Shown piece after piece: positions 13,355 to 25,780 of a stretch of DNA of 64,000 nucleotides; positions within the stretch are counted from its first letter, which is position 1; every line of letters begins with the position of its first letter. The notes under the pieces are model-generated. The model had not been told where the DNA came from and searched no databases. It saw nothing but the letters and a program-made list of their open reading frames with translations. The position numbers and the translations under genes are program-made. Origin of the DNA: Priapulus caudatus (lineage: Eukaryota); contig NW_014577083.1 in the NCBI RefSeq assembly GCF_000485595.1, positions 150,932 through 214,931 of the forward strand. The letters are read 5' to 3'.

Positions 13355-14833
13355 GTAACCGCTGCATTCCAGTATTATGACAGCGTCAGTTGATTTACAT
13401 ATCATTACTTTCAGACGCATTTTCAGACAAACGAATAATATTCTTACCTTGGCCTTTAAAGCTATGGCTGCTTACTGCTTAAGGTAAACATCGCAAACCC
13501 CAAATGTCATTTACCTGTGACATCTGCCGCAAATTGGAAACGCAATATATGTAGATTATATTCCACTGATCAGAAGAATCTCTTTATAAAACCTGTCGCA
13601 ACGCTCCGGTTGGAAATGCCAGCAACAATAGCTGCTATATTCGTACTGTACTCGTAGGTACACGCCAACTTCGATAATGAGATTTTTTTTCAATTTGTCA
13701 GTATCTGCCCCTGATATTGTATTTAAAGTCGTAGCCTTGTACTAATAGAATATCATACTCGATGCTGATACTACTATGAGAAGCTCATGTATGCTGTCTC
13801 TGCGTCTTCTGTACATCCCCCTGTCAGATGTGCACTGTCAACTGAAGATCAGCCCTGACACTGCGATAAATCACATAAAACGGAGTCATCACCGTTATAT
13901 AATGTTCCGGTCGTTCTGCAATGCATTTCGTGGTGGAAAACAAATGAAATTTGATAAACTTAACTGTAAAATGTGAAATTCTCTTAGATGAATTATCGTG
14001 CTTCAAGACGATGTAGGCATGTTCACGCAAACTCGTACGATTAATGGAGCCTTTCTTATATACGTACCCAGCGAGCTTATTTAGACAAGAAGTCGTTACG
14101 CAGCAGCACTATGTGATTTAGAAAATTATCTTGATAATGCTGAACGTCATCTACCAGCGTATTAACATTGTGATTAAAAAGTGATTGCCAGCAAATTGTT
14201 TCTCGTGTTCCCATTCTATCCTGATTTATCGCATTTCGTTGCTTTCCTCTTCGTCGTATGAATCGATTAACTTTTTACGTAGTCACAAAATAACATATTG
14301 TTCGCATTCCATGGGGGTTAGTTCATCATTCATCTCTTGCACGATGGGCATCAAATGTAAGAACGCCATTTCAGTGAACGATATCACGATGCTAAGGGTA
14401 TCACTAATAGTTATTGTCAACTGTCGTTGAAGCATTACTCATCGCAGACTGATGAGGTATTACATTCTTTCATGAACCTGCGATGATTCGCTCTCTGTTT
14501 CCGTGACTGGGTCTGGAGGCTTATATTCTAGATCACAAATTAGAAATATAAAAAAACACATGACATCAGCACTTCACGCGAACCAACCGAGAGAACCTTT
14601 CACGCCACATTAAAAATTTACGTATTTAGTAGTTTACCCTGGCACCTTTAAAAAGAGGAACTTTTGCTGGAGGTTATATAGTGGAACAAACTGAATCCCA
14701 CCCATAGTAGAGTGTTTTCAAATCAAACCTTCGGAAATGCACATTATGCGTTTGAATATATCACTAAGATATGCAGGGCGTAGGTAGAGGTGCGTGGCTA
14801 TGCGGTAGTCATCTTAACCTCGTGTTTTTTCAG

Positions 14834-14955
14834 TTGCAACAACGAGTAAATTCGCGAGGTTAGCACGATCTGTGGGTAGAAATACGACGCACCAACCCAG
14901 CATACCGAAACCAATCAATATCGACTATGGACAATCACCAGCGTTTTTCACACAC
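14834..14955 (+). CDS. eag: eag exon (post-PAS linker, SKFARLARSV)
   Basis: ttttcag|tt gca...aca cac|gtaagt; ATTSKFARLARSVGRN resembles the eag N-terminal calmodulin-binding segment; phase 1-0 joins both neighbours. Not in ORF track. Confidence 0.88.
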
Positions 14956-15510
14956 GTAAGTTACGAGCAGGTAAATATGTTCATTGTTTGCTAGTTTTTT
15001 TCCAAATACTTTTATGTTAACGGATACACTCATGGTAGCCGTATGGTTGGTATCTAGTCTTCCCTTGGTGAATGACATGTAATTATTACATGAGGAACTA
15101 TTTGATACCTTGAATCCAACAACTATATCTGTGCAACTATAAATGCAGGAACAATAATAGGAAAACTAGTAGTTCGATATAGAAGCTTATATTTGCGATG
15201 CCATGTATGTCAAATTCATTCACCCGTAGCTTTACTTTATAGCGCTATTAACTCTTTTTTCGCATTTAGATTGCCATGAAAAGAATGCATATATATATAT
15301 TATATTCTAAACCTTTAGCAGTAGGGGATTTTCCGAGTGATCAATAAGTAGAATTGCTGTGCAGTGATCACCTTATCGGTGTAGATGACTCTGAAACACC
15401 TATTTGCTTGTATGATTTTCTATAAATATGTCAACAGAGGTCAAATATCACAACAGGAGCAAATGCGAAAAAATGGAATAACATAAGCTCGCATCTTACA
15501 CAAATGGTAA

Positions 15511-15546
<36 letters not shown>

Positions 15547-16384
15547 TATATAGTACATAATATATAGTATATGTAAGTAACCAACATTTACTGAAACAAC
15601 TGAAGTTTCTGACATTAGAAACAACTGAACAACTTACACTAACTCGAGTAGTAGAAACGACAGCATTACACAGAAATCCCACGATACACGAATAATCCAT
15701 TATGTTAAATTACTGTAGTTTCCTGTGATCTTGCTGTCATTCGCCGTAGAATAAATATGTAATATAATTATACATATATAATAATATATTTTGAACTGCT
15801 CTTTAGTAATCACCTTTACTATTATTCGAAAATAGAAAACGGCTCTTTTAGCTTGGGCATATAGAGCAATTATAATGAAATTTCATGCTTTATAAAGTCA
15901 TATTTATTGTAGATAAAATAGCTTGCCAAAGAAAAATCTCATTGCCCATGAGCATCAGACACTCCCCTTAACGGATACCTATAGATATATTCAAAACAGC
16001 GAGCAATTCCTTGCGCGCTCACCATAAAATGTGTCGACGCGTGCGTGTACCGTGCTGGCAACCGAAAAACTTGACCGCCTACAAATTATTTGGCCGGCGC
16101 GGTTTTTGAATTGCGTATAACGTAGTCGCCCAGCTGGGAGCGCTAAAGAGCTCCAAAAATTCGCCGAAAAATTCCTTATATTTTACGATGTGTGCACGTC
16201 AATATGTAGTGATGTGTGAGAGTAGGATCCAGTGAAAGTACAGTAAAACGAGAATAATCAGCTTAATAAGGTAATATCATTAGCTTAACAAGTTTATTCA
16301 GCGTCGACCGATTACTGTCAATCGCTCGCACGCGAACATAATTGCTCGCCTTCATGTAATTAGTGGCAGCACGTTTACGAACAA

Positions 16385-16399
16385 ATGCGCACACGCACA

Positions 16400-16462
<63 letters not shown>

Positions 16463-16632
16463 TCACATACTCACACGCACGCACGCACGCACGCACACAC
16501 ACGGGCGCCCCCCACACACGCACGCACACACACACACGCACACACACATACACACACACACACACGCGCGCCACACGCACCCCTGCATTAACAAAGAAAC
16601 ACACGCGAGCGCATACATACACACATAACACA
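16385..16632. repeat. (GCAC)n/(CA)n compound microsatellite
   Basis: Direct reading. Confidence 0.9.
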
Positions 16633-17237
16633 CATAAGCGCGTACGTGCTCACTCACTCTCGCAGACCAACCCATACACGCGCGGTATGCCGGTATCATA
16701 CGGAAAACTTGTAGGTATGCACATAAGAGATGTGCAGCTTTAACAGTCGGATGCCTAAATGCTGCGGTACCAGTGAAGATGCTTGAGTGAGACATTAAGA
16801 AACGTCGGATAATAATTGATGCATGCGCAGTGATTCTTGGCAGCCATGTCTAGCAATAATCGTAGCAGTGCACCGTGAATGTCATTACGTCATAGATAAG
16901 TGCCGCTTATTGATAGAAATGACGTAGATATTATGTAAAGATGTAGCTGTAAATAAAACGCGATTTTGTTGTGTTATCTTATATATTTTACATGTGTCGT
17001 ATTGGCCTTGTAATTATAATGGGCAATAGAAATCACGTTTTATATTTGCTTCTATAATTTAGTACGTAGTTGGATATAGCTATTATAGCTATATAATAAG
17101 ATCAACAATAACACTATACGCGTAGGTCTATATGCCCTAGCTAGTCATATCACATTCTGCTATTCCACATCGTCCAACTTACACAAGCAGTGTACACATG
17201 CTCAGTAATCTAATTTGCTATTATAAATAATATAGCG

Positions 17238-17287
17238 CGTGTATGTTTGTGTGTGTGTGTGCGCGTGTGTGTGTGTGCGTGCGTGTG

Positions 17288-17331
<44 letters not shown>

Positions 17332-17369
17332 TGTGCGCCTGCGCGTGCGGTAGACGTGTGTATGCGTGC

Positions 17370-17422
<53 letters not shown>
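17238..17422. repeat. (GCGT)n/(GT)n compound microsatellite
   Basis: Direct reading; opposite orientation to 16385-16632. Confidence 0.9.
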
Positions 17423-17423
<1 letters not shown>

Positions 17424-17533
17424 ACATAAACTACTACATGTTACACGCTTCGAATTTTTATAATAGTGTAAAAGTACTGCTGCGAATCTCTCGTTGTGTC
17501 TGGGTATTTTTTAAACGTTTTCCCATCTTTCAG

Positions 17534-17926
17534 ACATTCAGCCTCGGGCCGGATATGCTTCCGGTGTACCGGCAGGACTCGCCAAAAACACCTCCTCACA
17601 TCATCCTACATTATGCAACATTCAAGGCCATATGGGATTGGATCATACTGTTCCTTACTTTCTACACGGCAATCATGGTTCCTTACAACGTAGCCTTCAA
17701 AAACAAAACAATGGACGCAGTCGTCTTGCTCGTGGTTGATACAATAGTTGACGTGGTGTTTTTCGTTGACATTGTGTTAAACTTTCATACGACGTACGTC
17801 GGAGCAAACGGAGAGGTGGTGTCCGATCCTAAGATTATACGAATGAACTATTTGAAAAGCTGGTTTGTGATAGACCTACTGTCGTGTCTGCCATACGATG
17901 TCTTCAACGCATTTGATCACGTCGAT
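17534..17926 (+). CDS. eag: eag exon (S1-S3)
   Basis: tttcag|aca ttc...gtc gat|gtaagt; [23 protein letters not shown]...DIVLNFHTT...[19 protein letters not shown]; 393 nt, phase 0-0. Confidence 0.96.
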
Positions 17927-18843
17927 GTAAGTAAGACGTATATACTATGTTGTAAAACAAGCTCGCTCTAGCGCGCGCACGCACGCACACGCTTACGTTT
18001 ACGTACACGCTCTTGGAATCACGCGTAAAAATACTTACATACATGCGCTATAACCAGCTGGTGAAGATCGTCACGGGTTATATATATATATGTTAATAAA
18101 CCCGATCGATGTTAACAGAACAATATATAACAGACGATATTTTGATGTTATATGACGATGTTTCGTAACATCACTGTGACTGTGGTTCAGGACAAAATAT
18201 AATTAGTCCATCCGAAATCCAATTAGTTTCGTGAATTGAGTTAATAGCGGACCCTGCTAACCTGCTTCGTGAAAAAGTCAAAAGAAATGGATGTCTTACT
18301 GATTTCCCAGCGTTTAACTATTATGCTGCAACTACAACATGTCTTTTCATAAACTAGGGATCCAGACGGTTAAAATGAGACCAGTCCCAGCTTGTTATAC
18401 CTCCGGTAGGGGTCCACTTAATTTTTTGGGTCTCGGTCACTGCACTATATGTCTCTCTTATTAGCTATCATCTTACTCGGAGGTTTCGCTATCTACTAAT
18501 CCGTACCGATAGATTTGGCTATATCGTTAGGTGTTTATCGATGAATCGCATGAGTATTTACTGAGCAAACACCTACTGCGTTCAGCGATAGCTCATCAGT
18601 TAGCGCTAACAGCAGTACACAGTGAAGCAGTAACGCTATCACGCAGTACACGTCGGGTCCGTTTTTCGATTCGAGCAACCAGACATTAGTGATGAGCTTA
18701 CTCGCTAAAACTTATATTGCGTTATTGGTAGATAAACACAATGCTTGGATAACACCGCCCCTTCACTCTGACAGCAGAAAGATATCGCAGACTGTTTCAA
18801 ATGTCGGTGCATATCATTCTTCTAATAACCGTTATTTTTGCAG

Positions 18844-19012
18844 GGGATAGGAAGTCTCTTCAGTGCCTTAAAGGTCGTGAGACTACTGCGGCTAGGAAGA
18901 GTTGCACGAAAGTTAGATCATTATTTTGAGTACGGGGCTGCTATGCTTATTCTGTTAATATGTCTCTTCCTACTGGTCGGACATTGGTTAGCCTGCATCT
19001 GGTACACTATAG
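18844..19012 (+). CDS. eag: eag exon (S4 voltage sensor, S5)
   Basis: ttgcag|ggg ata...ata g|gtgagt; [33 protein letters not shown]...[11 protein letters not shown]. Confidence 0.96.
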
Positions 19013-20215
19013 GTGAGTTTAACCTTATTACACTAAAAAATAAGTGCCTTGCATAGCCTGAATGACAGCCTAAACCTTTACACTTTATACTAAAGAATAA
19101 GCCTAATCCAGTTTCATCTTACTGCACATTCTGTTGCATACATTAGCCTGAATTTTTGCAACATGTAGATTTTTACCGTCTAAAATCAATAAGATACAAC
19201 TAAAAGCCTGATTTTAATAACATTGGCACTTCATTACGTTGGACGCCTGTGTTGATTATCAGCGCTTGTTGCTTATCAGCACGCATGCATTGTCACACAC
19301 TCACCACGAGATTATTAACCATTAAAATATTCAAGGAGTGTTCAACTATACCGCGAAACTACGTCTCAGCTTCAACGATCCGGCTCGGTTAAACCATGGA
19401 TTATTTATACTATGCGTATGAAATTTCACAGTTAAAAGGCAGGTGCATGAAATAAAATCATCGTACAATATCACGGCCTGTAGCGTTCAAAGCAACTAAT
19501 TATGGCGGTGCGCTGATCGCCACAGCGATACCCAAAATAATCAATGAAGCTAGTCTGGACGATAGAAAGCCATCGGTACTCAAAATATATTTTATATATA
19601 CATTTTGGTTCTCGCACTCACTGTACGACAAAAGTTAATAATAATAACTCTACGAAGTATTATTTTACCGCCTGATTTAACTTTAAGCGATGCTGAACGC
19701 TACGCTAGTATATTTCCACAAGGAAATATGATTAAAGTAAGAAATTATAGCTAGCGAGCATGTACATGCCTATTAAAAGAAAGGTTAGGCTTTATGAACG
19801 GGCATCGAGGAAGAGAAGTAGCGGGATGTTAGATTTCATATCGCAAAGGGTTATTACATGATCTGGCTACAGATGCAACAATCTACTCTATCCCTAATAA
19901 TAACCATCTTCACAGCTTTTTTCTTAGCCCAAACCTTAGCCCCTTAACCAAAACTACAACCATGACCGCAACCATAATCCTATTCATACCCCTAACGCCA
20001 TAATCATAACCCTGACACTAACCATAACTTTTACCTTCATCATAATCCTGACGTTACTTATGGCGTCGAATAAAAATAAAAACGAATAACGTGTTATTAT
20101 AGGCAATGTCCCCTCGCGAGATCCCTTTCCTTGACAACCATAGCAGAAAAGTATCATCGCTTGCGTGGCAAGTTATGCTCATAGCAGGTCACACCAACCC
20201 TGGTTTCATCTTTAG

Positions 20216-20464
20216 GTGTGGCTGATGCTGAACAGAATGAGGAGATGGGCTGGCTGTGGCAGCTGGGGGACACTTCAGGCAGTCCGTACTACTTCAACGT
20301 CAGTTCCACACCTGCCACGCTGCAAGGCGGACCGGGTCAATCGACCAAGTACGCTACCGCTCTCTACTTTACGATGACATGCATGACGAGCGTTGGATTT
20401 GGTAATGTCGCACCAAACACTGACAAGGAAAAGGTGTTCGCCATCATAATGATGGTCATAAGCG
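20216..20464 (+). CDS. eag: eag exon (turret, pore helix, GFG filter, start of S6)
   Basis: tttag|gt gtg...agc g|gtgagt; YATALYFTMTCMTSVGFGNVAPNTDKEKVF; phase 1-1. Confidence 0.96.
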
Positions 20465-21097
20465 GTGAGTAACAATACAAATGCCAATCAATCATATTGT
20501 AGCCTCGCACTTCTAGGGTGAGGTACAAGAGCAGTAAGAGTAGAGCATAGCAACAGCGTTACAATATCAACTCCGTTACAATAGCAGCTCCGTTACAATA
20601 TCAAGTGTAACACATTTAATATATTCAGATCGAAGGCCGTTCTCTGTGTAAATTTACTTGAAATACGGTATTAACGCCCAGTTAGGTTAGGTTCATTGTC
20701 ATTTCTTGCGTCTAATCGCAACGGTACCCGTCTAATTAGTGAGTGGCGTCGGATTTCAGATCATCAACCGAGCCGCTTTACCTTTATTAAGAGCTGACAA
20801 GTTTAGGCTTGTTTCTTCATCAGCACTAAACATGCTCCACATTGACCTTAACGGCTATGTTGTGAAACATCAACCATTGTGAACTATCATAATCAAGCAC
20901 TTTAATTAATTACTTAGCTTACCATTCCAGGAAACGTACCAAATGACGCAAATCCTTCATTGTCAAAGAACTACAACAAACTTGCTCCTGCGTGGATGCC
21001 CAAGAAAGGCGCTGATGCATTCTCCCCGTACGACTAACGCAATATACAGTAGCGACCGACTCACGCTGATATTCTGTTTTATTTTTCTCTCTTCCAG

Positions 21098-21297
21098 CTC
21101 TGCTGTACGCGTCCATCTTCGGTAATATGACGACGATATTCCAGCAGATGATGGCGACGACGGCTCGCTATCATGAGATGCTGAACAATATCCGTGAGTT
21201 CATGAAGCTGCACGAGGTTCCTAAGCAACTAGGAGAACGCGTCGTTGACTACGTCGCATCGTCTTGGGCCATGACGAATGGAATTGATACTGAAAAG
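21098..21297 (+). CDS. eag: eag exon (S6, C-linker)
   Basis: cttccag|ct ctg...gaa aag|gtattg; [17 protein letters not shown]...[19 protein letters not shown]...GIDTEK. Confidence 0.96.
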
Positions 21298-21922
21298 GTA
21301 TTGACGCGGCTGCGCTGATCGGCTGGGATTCCGTCCCCTATAGTCCATATTTATAACAGTTATTTATATTCCCATAATCCTGTTCATTTATGACACAAGG
21401 TAGCAAGTATCCTTCGTCAATTAGGTTTGTCGTGTATCACGGCTTCTGCCCCGACGTGTAAAAACTACTACTCTTTGCTGGCGGTTAAGAGAACAATTCA
21501 GTGTGTTCTCTAGTGTTGTATGTGACTTTATCACAACTAGGACTTGACTGCGAAGATCCACAATATGTTAGCGATTAGGCGATCCTTGGAAAATCGTTTA
21601 GTGTTATAATATATGTGATTATGTTATGAAATATTGTATTACGACGTGCAACTACATTACCTTAAAATTAGTCTCCCATAGCTTCAGAGTATACGCTAAA
21701 CTGATCCATGAGCTAATGTTGCCTTATATGATGCAAATCGTTCCAATAGTCAATAAATACACGCCCATTAAATATCCACACACGGCCACACACCGCACGC
21801 ACGCACGCACGCACACACGCACGCACGCACGCACGCACATGACACAGATAGGTGCGTGCGTAGGTAGACTAGGATTACACGGTGGAAAACGCGATAGCAT
21901 TATATTTCTTTTATATTCGCAG

Positions 21923-22175
21923 GTGCTCAATTATTGTCCCAAAGATATGAGGGCTGACATATGCGTGCATCTGAACCGCAAGGTGTTTAACGAGTTACCT
22001 GCGTTCCGGCTAGCCAGCGACGGCTGCCTGCGAGCGTTGGCGATGCATTTCACTACAAGTCACAGCGCTCCCGGCGACTTGCTCTACCACACTGGCGAGA
22101 GTCTCGACGCGCTCTGCTTTGTGACGTCAGGGTCACTCGAGGTCATCCAGGACGATGAGGTGACGGCAATTCTTG
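21923..22175 (+). CDS. eag: eag exon (C-linker, CNBHD)
   Basis: tcgcag|gtg ctc...ctt g|gtacgt; [40 protein letters not shown]...[11 protein letters not shown]. Confidence 0.96.
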
Positions 22176-22458
22176 GTACGTGTCACCAATCGCGACCCTA
22201 CACGAGAATGATACATTAAGTATAACATACACTATGGTTACTGTAAGTTTGTATCACGAAACATTGAGCTATCTGTATAGCGATCAGCATCTTCAATTTT
22301 CAGCTCCTCTGTTGACTCTTCTCTTCCTCCATTCTCTTCCTTTCTGCCTGAACGCTCTTACTCGACTTCTCTCGCCCGCTATCTCTCCTCTTACGTAGTC
22401 TTTTAGGTCATTTATTCTGTAAGCTGTTGTCTCATTCAGGCATTTTTTAATCGTATAG

Positions 22459-22655
22459 GAAAGGGTGATGTATTTGGAGATTACTTCTGGAAGGAACAGT
22501 CCCTAGGTCAAGCATGCGCCAATGTCAGAGCGCTCACTTACTGCGACCTGCACATGATCAAACGCAACGCCCTCCTGGAAGTCTTGGAGTTCTATCAATC
22601 GTTTGCGAGCTCCTTTGCGAGAAACTTGATGCTCACATACAATCTGAGGAAAAGG
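22459..22655 (+). CDS. eag: eag exon (CNBHD with intrinsic ligand YNL)
   Basis: gtatag|ga aag...aaa agg|gtaggc; [13 protein letters not shown]...[16 protein letters not shown]...[14 protein letters not shown]. Not in this frame in the ORF track. Confidence 0.95.
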
Positions 22656-22741
22656 GTAGGCTTCGATCGGTTATATTAAGTTGTTACCCGCACTGTTCAT
22701 TAATTCCTCATTTTGCCTGTTGGTGTTGTGGTTGGTTTTAT

Positions 22742-22781
22742 TGTTATTGTTGCTGCTGTCCTCCTCCTCCTCCTCCTCCTC

Positions 22782-22819
<38 letters not shown>

Positions 22820-22860
22820 TGTTGTTGTTGTTGTTGTTGTTGTTGTTGCTTGTAGTTGTT
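22742..22860. repeat. Compound trinucleotide repeat (CCT)n(CGT)n(TGT)n
   Basis: Direct reading; intronic. Confidence 0.9.
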
Positions 22861-23060
22861 TTTATTGCTGTTGAAGAAGTTTTGGCAAAGTAATATTTTC
22901 ATAATCATTAGCGATACGTCTAAATATAAAGTATGCGCTGGAGTAAACGTAGGCAATACGTAACTATATTATAACAACTTTATATTGTACAACTATATAA
23001 TAATAACTATATACATATATAACTATGTATAACTGTATATAAAAATTATATTGTAAAAAT

Positions 23061-23258
23061 ATAACATAACGTAACGTAACGTAACGTAACGTAACGTAAC
23101 GTAACGTAACGTAACGTAACGTAACGTAACATAACATAACATAAGATATCATAACATAACATAACATAACATAACATAACATAACATAACATAACGTAGC
23201 GGAACGCAACACAAAAGAATAACACAACACAACACAACACAACACAACACAACACAAC
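23061..23258. repeat. Compound pentanucleotide repeat (AACGT)n(AACAT)n(AACAC)n
   Basis: Direct reading; intronic. Confidence 0.9.
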
Positions 23259-23597
23259 GCACTACAATGCGATGTAGTACAAAACTCAACGTAGTAGAAT
23301 GAAATACCACGCGCAACCGGACAAAGCACAATGCAATGTAATACACAATGTAAACTTAACATATCACAACGCAATTCAATACAATTAAAAAAATAAATCT
23401 GAAATAACATGAGCAACAAACCCGGTGTACATTTTGCGTGCGTAGATTTACGACTAGATCACATTAGAATAGCCATAAATATAACAAAGAAGCCCGATAT
23501 CATACCTGTCGAACGTAATAGAATTTTATTTCAACAAAAGGAAAGTACGAAATTATTCTTAGATGTAACAATCTGCTTCGTCATATTTCTGCTTCAG

Positions 23598-24905
23598 CTC
23601 GTCTTTCGCCGACTCGTTGACGTCAAGCGAGAAAAAGAATGGGAGGAAAGGCGAAAAAACGAACCCGGACTCGACGCGAACGAAGACAGCATTGTACGCA
23701 AAATGTTCTTACGTCTCCGCAAAGTGAGTGACGTCACGCAATTGAACACTCACACGGGAAACGGTGACGTGTCAAGAAAGAGCGATGCCGAGAGAGGGGA
23801 ACAACGCGTCGAATCAGCGAGATATCCTAAGCAAATAATCGTGTCTGAACATAATAGCCCCGCTCATGATCCTCTACCGACCACGACGAATACGGCTCTC
23901 GCCCTCACCAGGGGCAAGAATAGCGGATCGCGGTGGGGCAAAATGATGTCAACAAACAGCGGTAAACCGCAGGAACTGCAGAAGGTCCCTGATGTTCAGG
24001 AACCGTGTAAGGAAGTGCGAGAACGGTCGAATTCTAACTCGGCCAAATTGCCAGCTGTAAAACAATCTCGATGGGGAAAGTTTCTCGGAGGAAGTGGCGA
24101 TACCGAAATAAGAAATTCCCCCATCAAACAGACTGCGATACCTGAAGTGCATCGCGAACCGCAATCAAATAAGGGGAAAACTACGACAAATGTGTTTTCG
24201 CGTTGGGGAGACCAGAATAAATCAGGCATCAGCTTACCACAAACTTCTACATCTAAGGCGGGTCCTTCTGGTTCAGCCGACAGTGGGTTGCCTTGGAGCG
24301 ATAGCGGGAAAAGTGACACCACTTGTTCCTTGCCACCGTCGGGAAATAGTAGTGTCTTGTCCGCGCCAGAGATTCTCACTCTACTACAGGGGTTAACGGA
24401 GATCAGAGTCGAACTGCGAAACAATATGTCGACGATAAATAAAAAAATCGAGAAGATTGACGTGAAAATATCGGGCGTCATGAGCTTCATATCAACTGCG
24501 AGTGAGACGGAGAAGGATAGCATGCGACCACAGTTAGAACGCGAGAGTTCGTGGGACTCCTCGGATTTCTTCTCTAGCTTGAATCAATCGGCGACAACAA
24601 TGCTCAGCAGTCCGCCTATAAAACCCGTCGTAAGCGGGCAGACTAACACACTCGGCGCCACCGGCGACACTCAGGCGAAAATACCCATCACATCTTTCTC
24701 GAAGAATGGCACTACCTCGCGGCTCATCGATGCAGAAACGCAGCGCGCATCGAAGCCGGCTGACACGGCCCTGAAGGATATGAATCCAGCTATATCACGC
24801 CAGTCTTCGAGTGACTTGCTGGCTATGATGGAGACGGAGATAGAAGATCAGAGCACGGGCGCAGCAGCGACTAAAGATGAAAACAGCGACGAGCTATTCT
24901 TTTGA
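23598..24905 (+). CDS. eag: eag terminal coding exon (calmodulin-binding segments, long polar tail, C-terminal coiled coil)
   Basis: cttcag|ctc gtc ttt cgc; LVFRRLVDVKREKE, IVRKMFLRLRK, heptad-rich LTEIRVELRNNMSTINKKIEKIDVKISGV; TGA at 24903-24905. Confidence 0.93.
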   Translation, partial: LVFRRLVDVKREKEWEERRKNEPGLDANEDSIVRKMFLRLRKVSDVTQLNTHTGNGDVSRKSDAERGEQRVESARYPKQIIVSEHNSPAHDPLPTTTNTALALTRGKNSGSRWGKMMSTNSGKPQELQKVPDVQEPCKEVRERSNSNSAKLPAVKQSRWGKFLGGSGDTEIRNSPIKQTAIPEVHREPQSNKGKTTTNVFSRWGDQNKSGISLPQTSTSKAGPSGSADSGLPWSDSGKSDTTCSLPPSGNSSVLSAPEILTLLQGLTEIRVELRNNMSTINKKIEKIDVKISGVMSFISTASETEKDSMRPQLERESSWDSSDFFSSLNQSATTMLSSPPIKPVVSGQTNTLGATGDTQAKIPITSFSKNGTTSRLIDAETQRASKPADTALKDMNPAISRQSSSDLLAMMETEIEDQSTGAAATKDENSDELFF

Positions 24906-25780
24906 TGGCTTCATTCCACGAAATCGTGCGCCGGATACTAGACAACATAATCATTTCTATAACTCGAATTATCAACGTGCTAAGGTACCTATCGTATTCA
25001 CAGTGCATGGATTATATTTCTCGTTACCGATATACCCTTTCCTAACCGGTGACAATCATTTTATCATAATGCGTCGTAGAAAGGAGTTTTGATATTTAAC
25101 ATTATCCGCGGCTATATCTGACCGGCGACCGACAGCGTCCTGGAAAGCGTTTCTTCTTACAGAGCCAGATTGTACCTCATTCGATTTATATTCCAAGTTA
25201 TACGCCAGATATGGCAGCACTGTAAAATTACGGCCAATAAGGTAGGCAACGTTACGTTGGCCATCATAAACCGTATGTATGTAGATGAATGCGAATAGGT
25301 TGCGGTCATAATGGGAAATTGACACCTATGTGATATGAAATAATATTGTTACTATAGTCATATTTAACTAATATAATTTAACTTATACTATTTAAAAATA
25401 CGAGAATCGATGATTGTGGATCACTTTTTTAAGATTCCTTTTTAAATTTTAAAGTAAAACTTATCGTTGAACGTAATGCATAATAATTAACATATGAATT
25501 TTTACCAAAAAAATTTAGAGCATGTTAATAATGAATTACTGTACAGCAATTCGAATGCTAAATCTATGCTTTTAACGATGTTAAAATATTCTATGCATAA
25601 TTATATTTGTTCTTATTTAACTTCTCGCTATAGTAAGCGGATTACTAATGGATAGCCTTTCTATTTAAATATTTACGTTTAGGAAAAACTTGGGGGAAAT
25701 GATTTCATCCATGAAAGCAGCGTCGCATGCGGTACCGATTCAGGACCCCCCCCCCGTTACGTGTCAGACCCGTTATCAGT

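Noticed and set aside
16263..17533. ORFs rich in CV/HT/RA dipeptides, including the N-terminus of ORF 17366-17971
   Set aside because: Translations of microsatellites; eag similarity starts only at the acceptor at 17534.
23409..23597. N-terminal 63 aa of the 498-aa ORF as a standalone gene start
   Set aside because: Intronic read-through; a polypyrimidine tract and CAG precede 23598, where eag homology resumes in phase.
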